Source of the DNA: an uncultured Gammaproteobacteria bacterium | GTDB taxonomy: Bacteria > Cyanobacteriota > Vampirovibrionia > Gastranaerophilales > CAJFVJ01 | Length of the DNA stretch: 64,000 nt | Assembly (NCBI GenBank): GCA_964444415.1 | Contig: CAYUHE010000004.1 | Coordinates: forward strand, 7,321-71,320 | Direction: 5' to 3' | In this document: positions 28,059 to 36,782 of the stretch, one piece after another | Position numbering within the stretch: the stretch's first letter is position 1 | How the letters are laid out: each line of letters opens with the position of its first letter | Notes under the pieces: generated by a model | Seen by the model: only the letters and a program-made list of their open reading frames with translations | The model's database searches: none | What the model was told of the DNA's origin: nothing | Position numbers and translations under genes: made by a program

Positions 28059-28132
28059 TACCCTGGACAGGATTCGAACCTGTGACCTACCGCTTAGAAG
28101 GCGGTCGCTCTATCCAACTGAGCTACCAAGGC
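28059..28132 (-). tRNA. tRNA-Arg (anticodon TCT)
   Basis: Hand-folded: GCCTTGG TA GCTC AGTTGGATA GAGC G ACCGC CTTCTAA GCGGT AGGTC ACAGG TTCGAAT CCTGT CCAGGGT A. The anticodon loop is C-T-TCT-A-A. CCA is not encoded. G1-U72 and U4-G69 are wobble pairs. Confidence 0.88.
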
Positions 28133-28216
28133 ATTTGTTGAAGTTGTTTTATTTTCACTCAGTTTTATAGAGCGTTTTCTCTATACCTTTTGCAAGCTGT
28201 TTGCTTACAAAGCCTC

Positions 28217-28233
28217 CTGAGCTACCAAAGCAT
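28217..28233 (-). repeat. Orphan copy of the tRNA-Arg 5' end (CTGAGCTACCAAAGCAT vs CTGAGCTACCAAGGCAT at 28118-28134)
   Basis: 16/17 identity, 82 bp beyond the tRNA 5' end. No tRNA body follows. Confidence 0.6.
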
Positions 28234-28284
28234 GATACTTTTATTTTACAAGAAACAAATTTAAAATAAAGATTTTTTTTGATT

Positions 28285-30027
28285 TTAATTAGCTTGCTTA
28301 ATCAAAAAATCTTCAACGCCATGTTTTATGGCTTTAGCAAATTCTTTTTGATAATTCGAATCAATCAGCATTTCATATTCATTTGGATTAATCATATAAG
28401 CGCATTCGACCAAAACAGAAATAGGAATAGTCGATCTTGTCAAAACAAAACTGGCTTTGTTCACCCCGTCATCTCTGAGTTTGAGATTTGCAAGCATTGA
28501 CGCTTGTATAGCTTCAGCGAGAGGCTTTGCCTGTTCTTGATAATAATAAGTTCCGCTTCCGTTTTTGGCATAAGGGTCTTGCCCATCAGGCAGGGCGTTA
28601 TTGTGTATGCTCAAAAGTATAAGAGCTTTATTTTGTTTTGCAATTTCAGGGCGAGAATATATCTCGGTTGTAAGATCACAATTTCTGGTCAAAATAACTT
28701 TTGCCCCTGCGGTTTCGAGTTCTTCTTTGAGATATTTTATTATTTGTAAGTTAACATCTTTTTCGCAAATTCCTGTCGGTCCAACAGACCCTTTTTCAGT
28801 CCCACCATGCCCTGCATCAAGAGCAATTACAATATCCTGAAGGGGTGCAATTCGCTTTATAGAGGGTTCTTTGACTATTTTGAGTATGAATTCATCATTT
28901 TGATGATAATAATCATAACCCCAAATTTGTTTATCATTCATTTCAAGCAGTAGGCTTAATTTTTGACTTTGCGGCTCAATGATTTTGAGGCTTTTGATTT
29001 CTTCATCTTTGTATTCTTCCATCAAAAAATTATTGTGCGAGCCATAAATATCTAAACGAAGTTTGTTAGGAGCCGGATGTTCAACTATAACAGGCAGTTT
29101 GTACTCCATAGGCAAAGACAAATAAAAATTGTCTTTATCCGCATATATGCTCAAATCACTAAGATCTGTTTGCGGCTGCACATAATTCATTTTTGAGATG
29201 ATGGCCACATCTTTTTTATTTATCCAAATGTTTTTATCTGGGGTCAGAGCTGCACGATAAAAATCACCATCGGATGCGTTTATGGTCAAGACAGTATCTT
29301 TTGGCAATGGCGGAAGCCTGTCTCCATTAGGGGTTTCTCTGATTACAGTTTTTTCATTTAGGCAGCGAACTAATGCAAAATTGTCTTTTGGCACGACAGA
29401 AAGGCTCCCCGGTGCTATTTTTGAAATTTTAGTTTTGCCGTCATCAAGAAAAACAGTTATTTTGGCATCTCGAAAATTATCATTGGGCAGAATTTTGTAA
29501 AAACCTTTGTAAATGCCGATTACGCCGGTCTCCATTTTTGAAAGTTCTCTCATTGGAATAGTTTTGTTACCAATTTTGAAATAAGCATAATGGCATGTAG
29601 AACCTTGAAACTCAACAGGAATGATGTCGCCTTCATCGTAAAAAAGAGCTGATTTTGGCGAGATAGAATTTTTTAAAATTTGCATAGGATACTTGGGGAT
29701 GGCTTTTGAGCTTCCACTTCGAAATAATCTATATTTTATAGTTTTTTGGTCTTTGCCAATTTTGGTGGTGATTGAAAAATCGTTTACCCCGTATTTTAGA
29801 GGCACGACTTTTACAAAAGAGCCTGACGGGTAAACCGTAATTTCTTCATTATTTATGTACAGTTTGCATCTTGAGTCGGTGCAGCCGACCAAAAATGTTG
29901 ATGCCGCTTTTATTTTGGCATTATTGCAAGGGTATACTATTTTGATATCCTTGGATTCAGCCGAAAAACAAATGCGGTTAAAAATCAAAAATAAAATAAA
30001 AATAAGCGCTAAAACATTTTTTTTCAT
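28285..30027 (-). CDS. Secreted N-acetylmuramoyl-L-alanine amidase (Amidase_3 C-terminal domain)
   Basis: Signal peptide MKKNVLALIFILFLIF. The C-terminal domain has IVIALDAGHGGTEKGSVGPTG..EKDVNL..LLSIHNNA. Confidence 0.85.
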   Translation of the reverse strand: MKKNVLALIFILFLIFNRICFSAESKDIKIVYPCNNAKIKAASTFLVGCTDSRCKLYINNEEITVYPSGSFVKVVPLKYGVNDFSITTKIGKDQKTIKYRLFRSGSSKAIPKYPMQILKNSISPKSALFYDEGDIIPVEFQGSTCHYAYFKIGNKTIPMRELSKMETGVIGIYKGFYKILPNDNFRDAKITVFLDDGKTKISKIAPGSLSVVPKDNFALVRCLNEKTVIRETPNGDRLPPLPKDTVLTINASDGDFYRAALTPDKNIWINKKDVAIISKMNYVQPQTDLSDLSIYADKDNFYLSLPMEYKLPVIVEHPAPNKLRLDIYGSHNNFLMEEYKDEEIKSLKIIEPQSQKLSLLLEMNDKQIWGYDYYHQNDEFILKIVKEPSIKRIAPLQDIVIALDAGHGGTEKGSVGPTGICEKDVNLQIIKYLKEELETAGAKVILTRNCDLTTEIYSRPEIAKQNKALILLSIHNNALPDGQDPYAKNGSGTYYYQEQAKPLAEAIQASMLANLKLRDDGVNKASFVLTRSTIPISVLVECAYMINPNEYEMLIDSNYQKEFAKAIKHGVEDFLIKQAN

Positions 30028-30137
30028 GGTGCTTTGTTAATATTCCTTTATATTTATTCTATTAAAAAAGCAATTTTTTGAATATATATTACTTAGTATA
30101 TACATAGGAAATACTAGTTTTGTAAAAAGGAACCTCA

Positions 30138-30323
30138 ATGATAAAAGAATTATTTGAAATAACAGATGTAGAAACATCAAATATCTTTATAAAACTAGCA
30201 TTTTATAAAACTTTTAAAGATACAAATGAAGTAAGCTATACAAAAAGCAAAGACACTCTTGATAAAATCAGAGAAAAAGTTTCAAGAGGCCGCAGCCAAT
30301 ACAAGTCTTATTTGATGAATTAA
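30138..30323 (+). CDS. Hypothetical small protein (61 aa)
   Basis: ORF only. Hydrophilic and lysine-rich. Confidence 0.35.
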   Translation: MIKELFEITDVETSNIFIKLAFYKTFKDTNEVSYTKSKDTLDKIREKVSRGRSQYKSYLMN

Positions 30324-30352
30324 TTCATTTTATTTTGTCAGTATTATGTTTT

Positions 30353-30449
30353 TTGGAATACTGACAGCTTACCTCACTAAGCTTTCGCTTCGACGTGAGC
30401 TTCGCAAGGACGAGTTTCAGGCTTTGCCCCCACTCTAGTCAGATTTCAC
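30353..30449 (+). repeat. Structured TIR repeat, copy A (shortened)
   Basis: TTGGAATACTGACAGC ... CTAGTCAGATTTCAC, with an internal GGC-TTT-GCC hairpin. Member of the A/C/E subfamily. Confidence 0.8.
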
Positions 30450-30452
30450 TTC

Positions 30453-30558
30453 TTGGAATATTTGACAGTTCAAAAGACTTCATTCCATTACGCTTTTAAA
30501 AAAGCTTCATTTCAACGTCTTTTTCACAAGGCGAGTTTCACTCCCGTCAAAATCCGCC
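30453..30558 (+). repeat. Structured TIR repeat, copy B (tandem to A)
   Basis: TTGGAATATTTGACAG ... CCCGTCAAAATCCGCC, with the central palindrome GCTTTTAAAAAAGC. Aligns with copy D. Confidence 0.8.
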
Positions 30559-30592
30559 TTTATATATTCTTTACTTGTCCTGCTGTATATTC

Positions 30593-30601
30593 TGTTATAA
30601 T
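30593..30601 (+). promoter_or_regulatory. Candidate extended -10 promoter (TGtTATAAT) for glmS
   Basis: TGTTATAAT lies 35 nt upstream of the GTG start. Confidence 0.4.
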
Positions 30602-30635
30602 GTACACATAAATAGTAAAAAAGAGGGCATCAATA

Positions 30636-32480
30636 GTGTGTGGCATAGTAGGATATGTAGGTAAAAAACCAGTAGTTTCAATCTTGGTAGATGGTTTGAG
30701 CAAACTTGAATATAGAGGTTATGATTCAGCAGGGGTTGCAGTTTTTCAAGATTCTAACATTAAAATTTTTAAAGCACAGGGCAAATTACAAAACCTTAGA
30801 GATTTGCTCGATGAAACAGGCGCATTTGACCTTTCAGCTTCAATGGGTATAGGGCATATCAGATGGGCTACACATGGCGTTCCAAACACAATAAACGCAC
30901 ATCCCCACAGAAGCAATTGCGAAAAAATAGCTATTGTACACAATGGCATTATCGAAAATTGGAAAGAATTAAAAGAACTTTTAATAGATGAAGGCTGCGT
31001 TTTTGCTTCAGAAACAGACACAGAAGTCATCGCGCATTTAATTAGTTATGAATATGAAAAATCGAATGATTTTTTGGGCGCTGTAAAAACTGCTATGAAA
31101 CAGCTTAAAGGCGCATTCGCTCTTGGTGTAATGTGTGAAGATTATAATAATACATTAATTGCCGCAAGAAGAAATGCACCTTTGATTGTAGGTCTTGGAG
31201 AAGGCGAAAACTTTATTGGTAGCGATATTCCGGCGATTATTGAACACACCAAAAAAGCTGTTTATCTTGATGATAATGAAATTGCAGTTTTGAGGCCTGA
31301 TAGTGTTGAATTTTTTGACGCAAACGGTAATGCAATCGAAAAAATTGTTGAAATTCTTCCTTGGGAGCCTGTGGCTCTTAGCAAAATGGGTTTTAAGCAC
31401 TTTATGCTCAAAGAAATTCATGAACAGCCTGATGTAATCAGACAGGTTCTTTTCGGTAAATTGGCGGATATGAGTTTGCCTATACCTTTGGATGAAGTTA
31501 CTTTGACTCAAGAAGACCTCTCAAAACTAAAGAGAATTCAAATTATAGCTTGTGGAACCTCGCTTAATGCCGCTATGGCAGGAAAGCATGCAATTGAAGA
31601 ACTTTGCGAAATTCCTGTTGATGTTGAAGCAAGCAGCGAGTATATTTATCGCAAAACATTGACGAGCAAACGCACACTTGTTATCGGAGTTTCTCAATCA
31701 GGAGAAACAGCCGATACAATAACGGCGATTCGTCAGGCAAAAGCCAAAGGGGCACATATTCTTATAATTACAAACCGACCTGATTCTACTATGGCAAGGG
31801 AAGCAGACAGCTTGATTTCTATCAATGCAGGTATCGAAGTAAGTGTTGCTGCAACAAAATCGTATACAGCACAGTTGATTGCATTTTATCTTTTGGCTTT
31901 ATATATCGCAGAAATCAAGGCAATTGTTCCAAAAGACAGAATCAGAAAAATAAAAGAAGAAATGATTCAGCTTCCGCAAAAAATCGAAACAATTTTAAGC
32001 GATAAAAAAGAAATCGAAAGATGTGCAAGAGCTTTTGCGAATTTCAAAGATTTTATTTACATCGCAAGAGGAATTAACTTCTCAGTTGCCCTAGAAGGGG
32101 CGTTGAAGCTTAAAGAAATAAGCTATATCAATGCCACAGGCTACCCCGCAGGCGAATTGAAGCATGGCCCTATTGCAATGCTTGATGATACAATGCCTGT
32201 TTTGGCCATTTTGATGGATGGTGTTGTATTTGAAAAAGTTCTTTCAAATGCAGAGGAAGCAAAGGCTAGAAATGCCAGATTGATTGCCTTGACGTCATCT
32301 GAAGATGAAAAACTTGAAGATTTATTCGAATTTATTTTAAAAGTTCCAAAAGTGGATGAGATTTTATCACCTGTTGTAACGACTGTTCCGCTTCAGCTTT
32401 TGGCATATTACATCGCAGAATTCTTAGGAAAAGATGTCGATCAGCCCAGAAATCTTGCAAAATCAGTTACGGTTGAGTAA
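30636..32480 (+). CDS. glmS: Glutamine--fructose-6-phosphate aminotransferase
   Basis: (M)CGIVGYVG N-terminal nucleophile Cys, two SIS domains, and a C-terminal ..PRNLAKSVTVE. GTG start after AAGAGGG. Confidence 0.95.
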   Translation: MCGIVGYVGKKPVVSILVDGLSKLEYRGYDSAGVAVFQDSNIKIFKAQGKLQNLRDLLDETGAFDLSASMGIGHIRWATHGVPNTINAHPHRSNCEKIAIVHNGIIENWKELKELLIDEGCVFASETDTEVIAHLISYEYEKSNDFLGAVKTAMKQLKGAFALGVMCEDYNNTLIAARRNAPLIVGLGEGENFIGSDIPAIIEHTKKAVYLDDNEIAVLRPDSVEFFDANGNAIEKIVEILPWEPVALSKMGFKHFMLKEIHEQPDVIRQVLFGKLADMSLPIPLDEVTLTQEDLSKLKRIQIIACGTSLNAAMAGKHAIEELCEIPVDVEASSEYIYRKTLTSKRTLVIGVSQSGETADTITAIRQAKAKGAHILIITNRPDSTMAREADSLISINAGIEVSVAATKSYTAQLIAFYLLALYIAEIKAIVPKDRIRKIKEEMIQLPQKIETILSDKKEIERCARAFANFKDFIYIARGINFSVALEGALKLKEISYINATGYPAGELKHGPIAMLDDTMPVLAILMDGVVFEKVLSNAEEAKARNARLIALTSSEDEKLEDLFEFILKVPKVDEILSPVVTTVPLQLLAYYIAEFLGKDVDQPRNLAKSVTVE

Positions 32481-32638
32481 TGCAGATAGTCAATAAGCAG
32501 ATAAAAATCTCAAAAACATCTGAAATTTCGCTTGATTATATTCAAAAATATTTCGATGGCTTTGAAGTTATAAGATGGGCTATAGTTGCTGTTACAGAAG
32601 ATTTTTATCTGATTGACAGTGCTGTTATTTTACCTTAA
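32480..32638 (+). CDS. Possible 52-aa protein translationally coupled to glmS (TAATG overlap)
   Basis: Own translation: MQIVNKQIKISKTSEISLDYIQKYFDGFEVIRWAIVAVTEDFYLIDSAVILP. Protein-like but without homology evidence. Its 3' end overlaps the convergent TPR gene by 9 bp. Confidence 0.3.
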   Translation: MQIVNKQIKISKTSEISLDYIQKYFDGFEVIRWAIVAVTEDFYLIDSAVILP

Positions 32639-33550
32639 CTCTTTTAACTTAGCTCTCAGAATTTCTGAAGAAATGCTTAAGGTTTTAAAATTTTGCACGG
32701 CAAGCTCAAGATTTTCGATGACTTTATCTTTATCATTCATTTTTTGGTAAATTTGTGCCAAGCAAAGATAAATATCACCTGTAATTTCATTTTCTGCTGT
32801 GGCTGTGCTGATTATTTCAAGAGATTTTTCGGGATTATTTTCTTTCAAATACATTGTTGCCAAAATCGTTGCTGCTTGGGTGTCTTTCGGGTTTGTTTTT
32901 ATTGTTTTTTCAAAAAACCTTTTTGCCGCATCGGTTTCATTTTGACCAAGAGCAATACAGCCAAGATTGTAGTATGCCCAGCTATAATCAGGACTTATGG
33001 CAATAACTTTTTTATAATTTTCAATAGCCAATTCGGTTTCGCCTTGTTTTTGATATTCATAAGCCAGATAAAAATAAGCGTAAACATCATTAGAATTAAT
33101 TTTCAGCGTTTCTTTTAGGTGTTCGATTGCTTCTAGGTTACTGTTTTTTTTAATCAGCTGCAAAGCCAAATTGAAGTGCGAATTCGAGTCCGAGGGGTCA
33201 AGGTCAATTGTTATAGAATAAAACAGAATTGCCTTATCAATATCACCTTTTTTGTCGTAAATGCAAGCCAAATTGTAGTTATAATCAGGGTCATTAGGCG
33301 AAATTTCAATTGCGCGCAGGTATGATTTTTCTGCTGCATCAAGCATTTTCAGTTCGGCATAAGCAATGCCTATTTTGTAGTGTATAACTGCATCTTCAGG
33401 AAAAATTGCCACTAAATAATTCAGCTGTTTTAATGCATCTTCATAAGCCTCAGAATCTAATAGCAAAAAAGCTAATTGTCTTCTTTTTTCATTGTCTTGA
33501 GGGTTATTTTTTAGAGCATCGATAAGTTTTTTGAGTTTTTCTTTAATCAT
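32630..33550 (-). CDS. Tetratricopeptide-repeat protein
   Basis: Eight or more TPR units (..AEKSYLRAIEISPNDPDYNYNLACIY..). Confidence 0.8.
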   Translation of the reverse strand: MIKEKLKKLIDALKNNPQDNEKRRQLAFLLLDSEAYEDALKQLNYLVAIFPEDAVIHYKIGIAYAELKMLDAAEKSYLRAIEISPNDPDYNYNLACIYDKKGDIDKAILFYSITIDLDPSDSNSHFNLALQLIKKNSNLEAIEHLKETLKINSNDVYAYFYLAYEYQKQGETELAIENYKKVIAISPDYSWAYYNLGCIALGQNETDAAKRFFEKTIKTNPKDTQAATILATMYLKENNPEKSLEIISTATAENEITGDIYLCLAQIYQKMNDKDKVIENLELAVQNFKTLSISSEILRAKLKELR

Positions 33551-33599
33551 AGTGAAATTATAGCAGAATTTCGCGGTATTTTACTGATATAATTAGTGT

Positions 33600-35951
33600 A
33601 TGAATGAAAAAACACTAAAAGTTCTTGAATGGCAAAGCATAATCGATACCCTCAAATCCTATGCTGTATCTGAGCAGGGCAAACTTAGGTGCGAAAAGAT
33701 TTTATTTTATACAAATTTTGACAAAATCAAACTTGAATTAGCCCTAACATCAGAAGCTAAGTGGTTTTTGGATATGGTACTTGTTCCTCCTTTGGAGGAT
33801 ATTTTTGATGTGGAAGAATTTGTTAAATTGGCAAAAATTCATACTATATTAAAACCCGAAGAACTTTTTAATATCGGAAAAACCCTCAGAGCCTCGAGAT
33901 TATTGGCTTCTTTTATCATCAAAAATTCTAAGCAATCGCCAAATCTTTGCGAATTGGCACAAAAATTGTTTTCAGACAGAGAAATTGAGGAGCATATTCT
34001 CTCAAAATTCACTCCTTCAGGTGAAATCAAAGAAGATGCGACACAAAAATTGAAAAATCTTTATCAAAGTTTCAGAGACAAAAATGCATATTTGAAACAA
34101 AAATTGAATGAGCTTATAAACCAATTCGGGAGCTTGCTTCAAGAAACTGTTCCGACTATGCGAGGTGATAGGTATGTTTTGGCGGTCAAAGTTGAAAATA
34201 AAGCTCACGTTAAAGGTATTGTGCATGATGTTTCAGCTAGCGGTGCGACTGTTTTTATTGAGCCTAAGCAAATAACGCCTTTGGCAAACGAAATTCGTGA
34301 AATCGAAATAAAAATTGAAGCAGAAATCAAAGAAATTTTGACGGATTTGACGATGAAAGTGCAAGAATTTTCGAATGAGATTTTGCCAGGCTTGAAGGTT
34401 CTGGCTGAAATTGATTTTATTTTTGCAAAAGCTCATTATAGTGTTGATATAAAAGGGATTGAGCCTGACCTTAATAAGCATAAAATAATTAGGCTAAAAA
34501 GAGCAAAACATCCGATTTTGTTGCAGCTTTTGGACAATGTTATTCCAAATAACATAGAGCTTGGCAAAGATTTTGATACCCTTATTATTACAGGCTCAAA
34601 TACAGGCGGAAAGACTGTTACGCTAAAGACTCTCGGGCTTTTTACCCTGATGTGCAAGGCGGGTATGCATGTTCCTTGCAGCGAAGCCAGTATTTACCCT
34701 TTTGACAAGGTTTTTGCCGATATTGGCGATGAGCAGAGCGTGATGCAAAGTTTGTCGACTTTTTCGGGGCATATAAATAATCTAAAAGAAATTTTGAATA
34801 ATGCAAACGGCAATGCGCTTGTTCTGCTTGATGAAATCGGTGTCGGTACAGATCCTCAAGAAGGCTCGGCTTTGGCGCAAGCGACTTTGGAATATCTGCA
34901 TTCTAAAGGTGTAAAGACAGTTATTACAACACATTATGGGGAGTTGAAGGCTCTTGCTTTTGAGCGTGAAAGATTCGAAAATGCTTCGGTTGAATTTGAT
35001 TCTGCAACTCTAAAACCTACTTACAAGTTGAATATAGGACTCCCTGGAAGCAGTAATGCACTTTCTATTGCACGAAATCTTGGTATTGATGATGAAATAA
35101 TTGAGAATGCAGAGCATATATATTTTAATATCAAAGATAATACGGGTAAGGTCCTTGAAGGGCTTCAAAAAATCCAGAGAGAATTGAGCCAAAATAATGA
35201 AATTGCACAAGAAAAACGTCTCGAAGCTGAAAAAATCAAAGAAGAATATGAAATCAGATTAGCGAATTTAAAGGAGCAAAAAACCAAAACTTTAAGCGTG
35301 TACAAACGCAAATTTCAATCAGATTTAGATATGGCTCGTGATGAAATAAAAAATATTATGAGAGAAATTTTTGCTCAAAAGAGCAAAAAACTAACCCGCC
35401 GTGCAGCGACAAAACTCAATAAGGTCGAAGCAAATCTCAAAAATGAGTTTGTGCATGAGCAAAATCAGCTTACGCCTCAATTCAAAGAATTGGATTGGGC
35501 AGTATTAAAAATCGGCGATACGGTTTTGCTAAAAGATATCAATCAGGCCGCAATTTTGATTGAGATGCCTGACAAAAATGGCAACGTCAAAGTCCAAATC
35601 GGGTTGATGAAAACTCTTATCAAGAAAGACAAAATCGCAAAGGCATCCAAAAATGCCCAAGCTCCGCAAGTAAAGACATCAAAAACCCCAAAACTCAAGC
35701 GTGATAATATTTCGCATGATTTGAGCTTGCGTGGAATACGTGTTGATGAGGCTCTTGATATGCTTGAAAAATACCTTGACGATGCTTCATTGGCTGGGCT
35801 TTCGAGCGTTTGTATTATACACGGGTATGGTACAGGGGTTTTGAAAGAAGCAGTAAGACAGTATCTCAAAACTTCTCCTTATATCAAAAAATATCGCTCA
35901 GGTGAAGATGGCGAAGGCTCAGATGGAGTTACGATTGCGGAGTTAAAGTGA
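33600..35951 (+). CDS. mutS2: Endonuclease MutS2
   Basis: Walker A ITGSNTGGKTVTLKT, LLDEIGVGTDPQEG, and the C-terminal Smr domain LRGIRVDEALDMLEKYLDDA..IHGYGTGVLK. Confidence 0.92.
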   Translation: MNEKTLKVLEWQSIIDTLKSYAVSEQGKLRCEKILFYTNFDKIKLELALTSEAKWFLDMVLVPPLEDIFDVEEFVKLAKIHTILKPEELFNIGKTLRASRLLASFIIKNSKQSPNLCELAQKLFSDREIEEHILSKFTPSGEIKEDATQKLKNLYQSFRDKNAYLKQKLNELINQFGSLLQETVPTMRGDRYVLAVKVENKAHVKGIVHDVSASGATVFIEPKQITPLANEIREIEIKIEAEIKEILTDLTMKVQEFSNEILPGLKVLAEIDFIFAKAHYSVDIKGIEPDLNKHKIIRLKRAKHPILLQLLDNVIPNNIELGKDFDTLIITGSNTGGKTVTLKTLGLFTLMCKAGMHVPCSEASIYPFDKVFADIGDEQSVMQSLSTFSGHINNLKEILNNANGNALVLLDEIGVGTDPQEGSALAQATLEYLHSKGVKTVITTHYGELKALAFERERFENASVEFDSATLKPTYKLNIGLPGSSNALSIARNLGIDDEIIENAEHIYFNIKDNTGKVLEGLQKIQRELSQNNEIAQEKRLEAEKIKEEYEIRLANLKEQKTKTLSVYKRKFQSDLDMARDEIKNIMREIFAQKSKKLTRRAATKLNKVEANLKNEFVHEQNQLTPQFKELDWAVLKIGDTVLLKDINQAAILIEMPDKNGNVKVQIGLMKTLIKKDKIAKASKNAQAPQVKTSKTPKLKRDNISHDLSLRGIRVDEALDMLEKYLDDASLAGLSSVCIIHGYGTGVLKEAVRQYLKTSPYIKKYRSGEDGEGSDGVTIAELK

Positions 35952-36629
35952 TTTCGCTTTAACAAATCTTTCAACAATCTGATGCGGTCTTGTTACGGCA
36001 GAGCCTATCACAACTGCATATGCCCCTAGGTCAAAAGCTTTTTTGACTTCGTCAGGGGACCAGATTCTACCCTCCAAAATCACAGGGCAATCAAGGTTTT
36101 TAACGAGTTTTTCGAGCAATCCAAAATCAGGACCTTCGGTTGCTACAGAATGGCTGGTGTATCCGGAAAGCGTAGTCGAAACTATATCAGCGCCGAGCTC
36201 TCTGGCGTAGACACCTTCTTCAAAAGTTGAAATATCCGCCATTGCGAGGCGTTCGAGTTTTTGGGTGAGTTCGATGATTTCTTTCAAAGAGCACCCATTA
36301 GGCCTAGGTCGTTTTGTACCATCAAAGGCAATGATATCTGCTCCAGCTTTTGCTAAAATACTCACATCTTCCAAGGTAGGAGTGATATAAACTATTTCTT
36401 TGTAATTAAGCGGTATTTTATCAGGTTTGGTTATAGCTATAATCGGCAAGGCGCATAGCTTTTTGGCTAATTTGACATCTCTAACTCCAGCTAATCTAAG
36501 CCCTTGAGTACCACCGTTTATCACAGATTGAAGCATAGCTAGCATCGCTACTTCATTATAAAATGGTTCATCAGGCATAGCCTGAGCGGAGATGATTATA
36601 GAATTTTTTAGTTTATTTAGCATATCCAT
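35943..36629 (-). CDS. nanE: N-acetylmannosamine-6-phosphate 2-epimerase-like protein
   Basis: 228 aa. IIISAQAMPDEPFY..GGTQGLRLAG..ADISTFEEG..LSGYT..ILEGRI matches the NanE TIM-barrel pattern. Confidence 0.75.
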   Translation of the reverse strand: MDMLNKLKNSIIISAQAMPDEPFYNEVAMLAMLQSVINGGTQGLRLAGVRDVKLAKKLCALPIIAITKPDKIPLNYKEIVYITPTLEDVSILAKAGADIIAFDGTKRPRPNGCSLKEIIELTQKLERLAMADISTFEEGVYARELGADIVSTTLSGYTSHSVATEGPDFGLLEKLVKNLDCPVILEGRIWSPDEVKKAFDLGAYAVVIGSAVTRPHQIVERFVKAKSL

Positions 36630-36782
36630 AGAAATATTATAATATGAACATAATGTAACATTATCCTAAAGAACTAGCTCTTTAGGGTTATATAAAAAAC
36701 ATTTTCATGATAACATGCAAATAATCGAAAAATTTTATATATATTTAGTCAAGAAAACCTAGAAAACCCTGGAGGACACACG

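Noticed and set aside
30559-30635. A possible glmS ribozyme in the glmS leader.
   Set aside because: Only ~35 nt separate the candidate -10 from the start codon. That is far too short for the ~170-nt ribozyme, and no conserved core sequence was seen.
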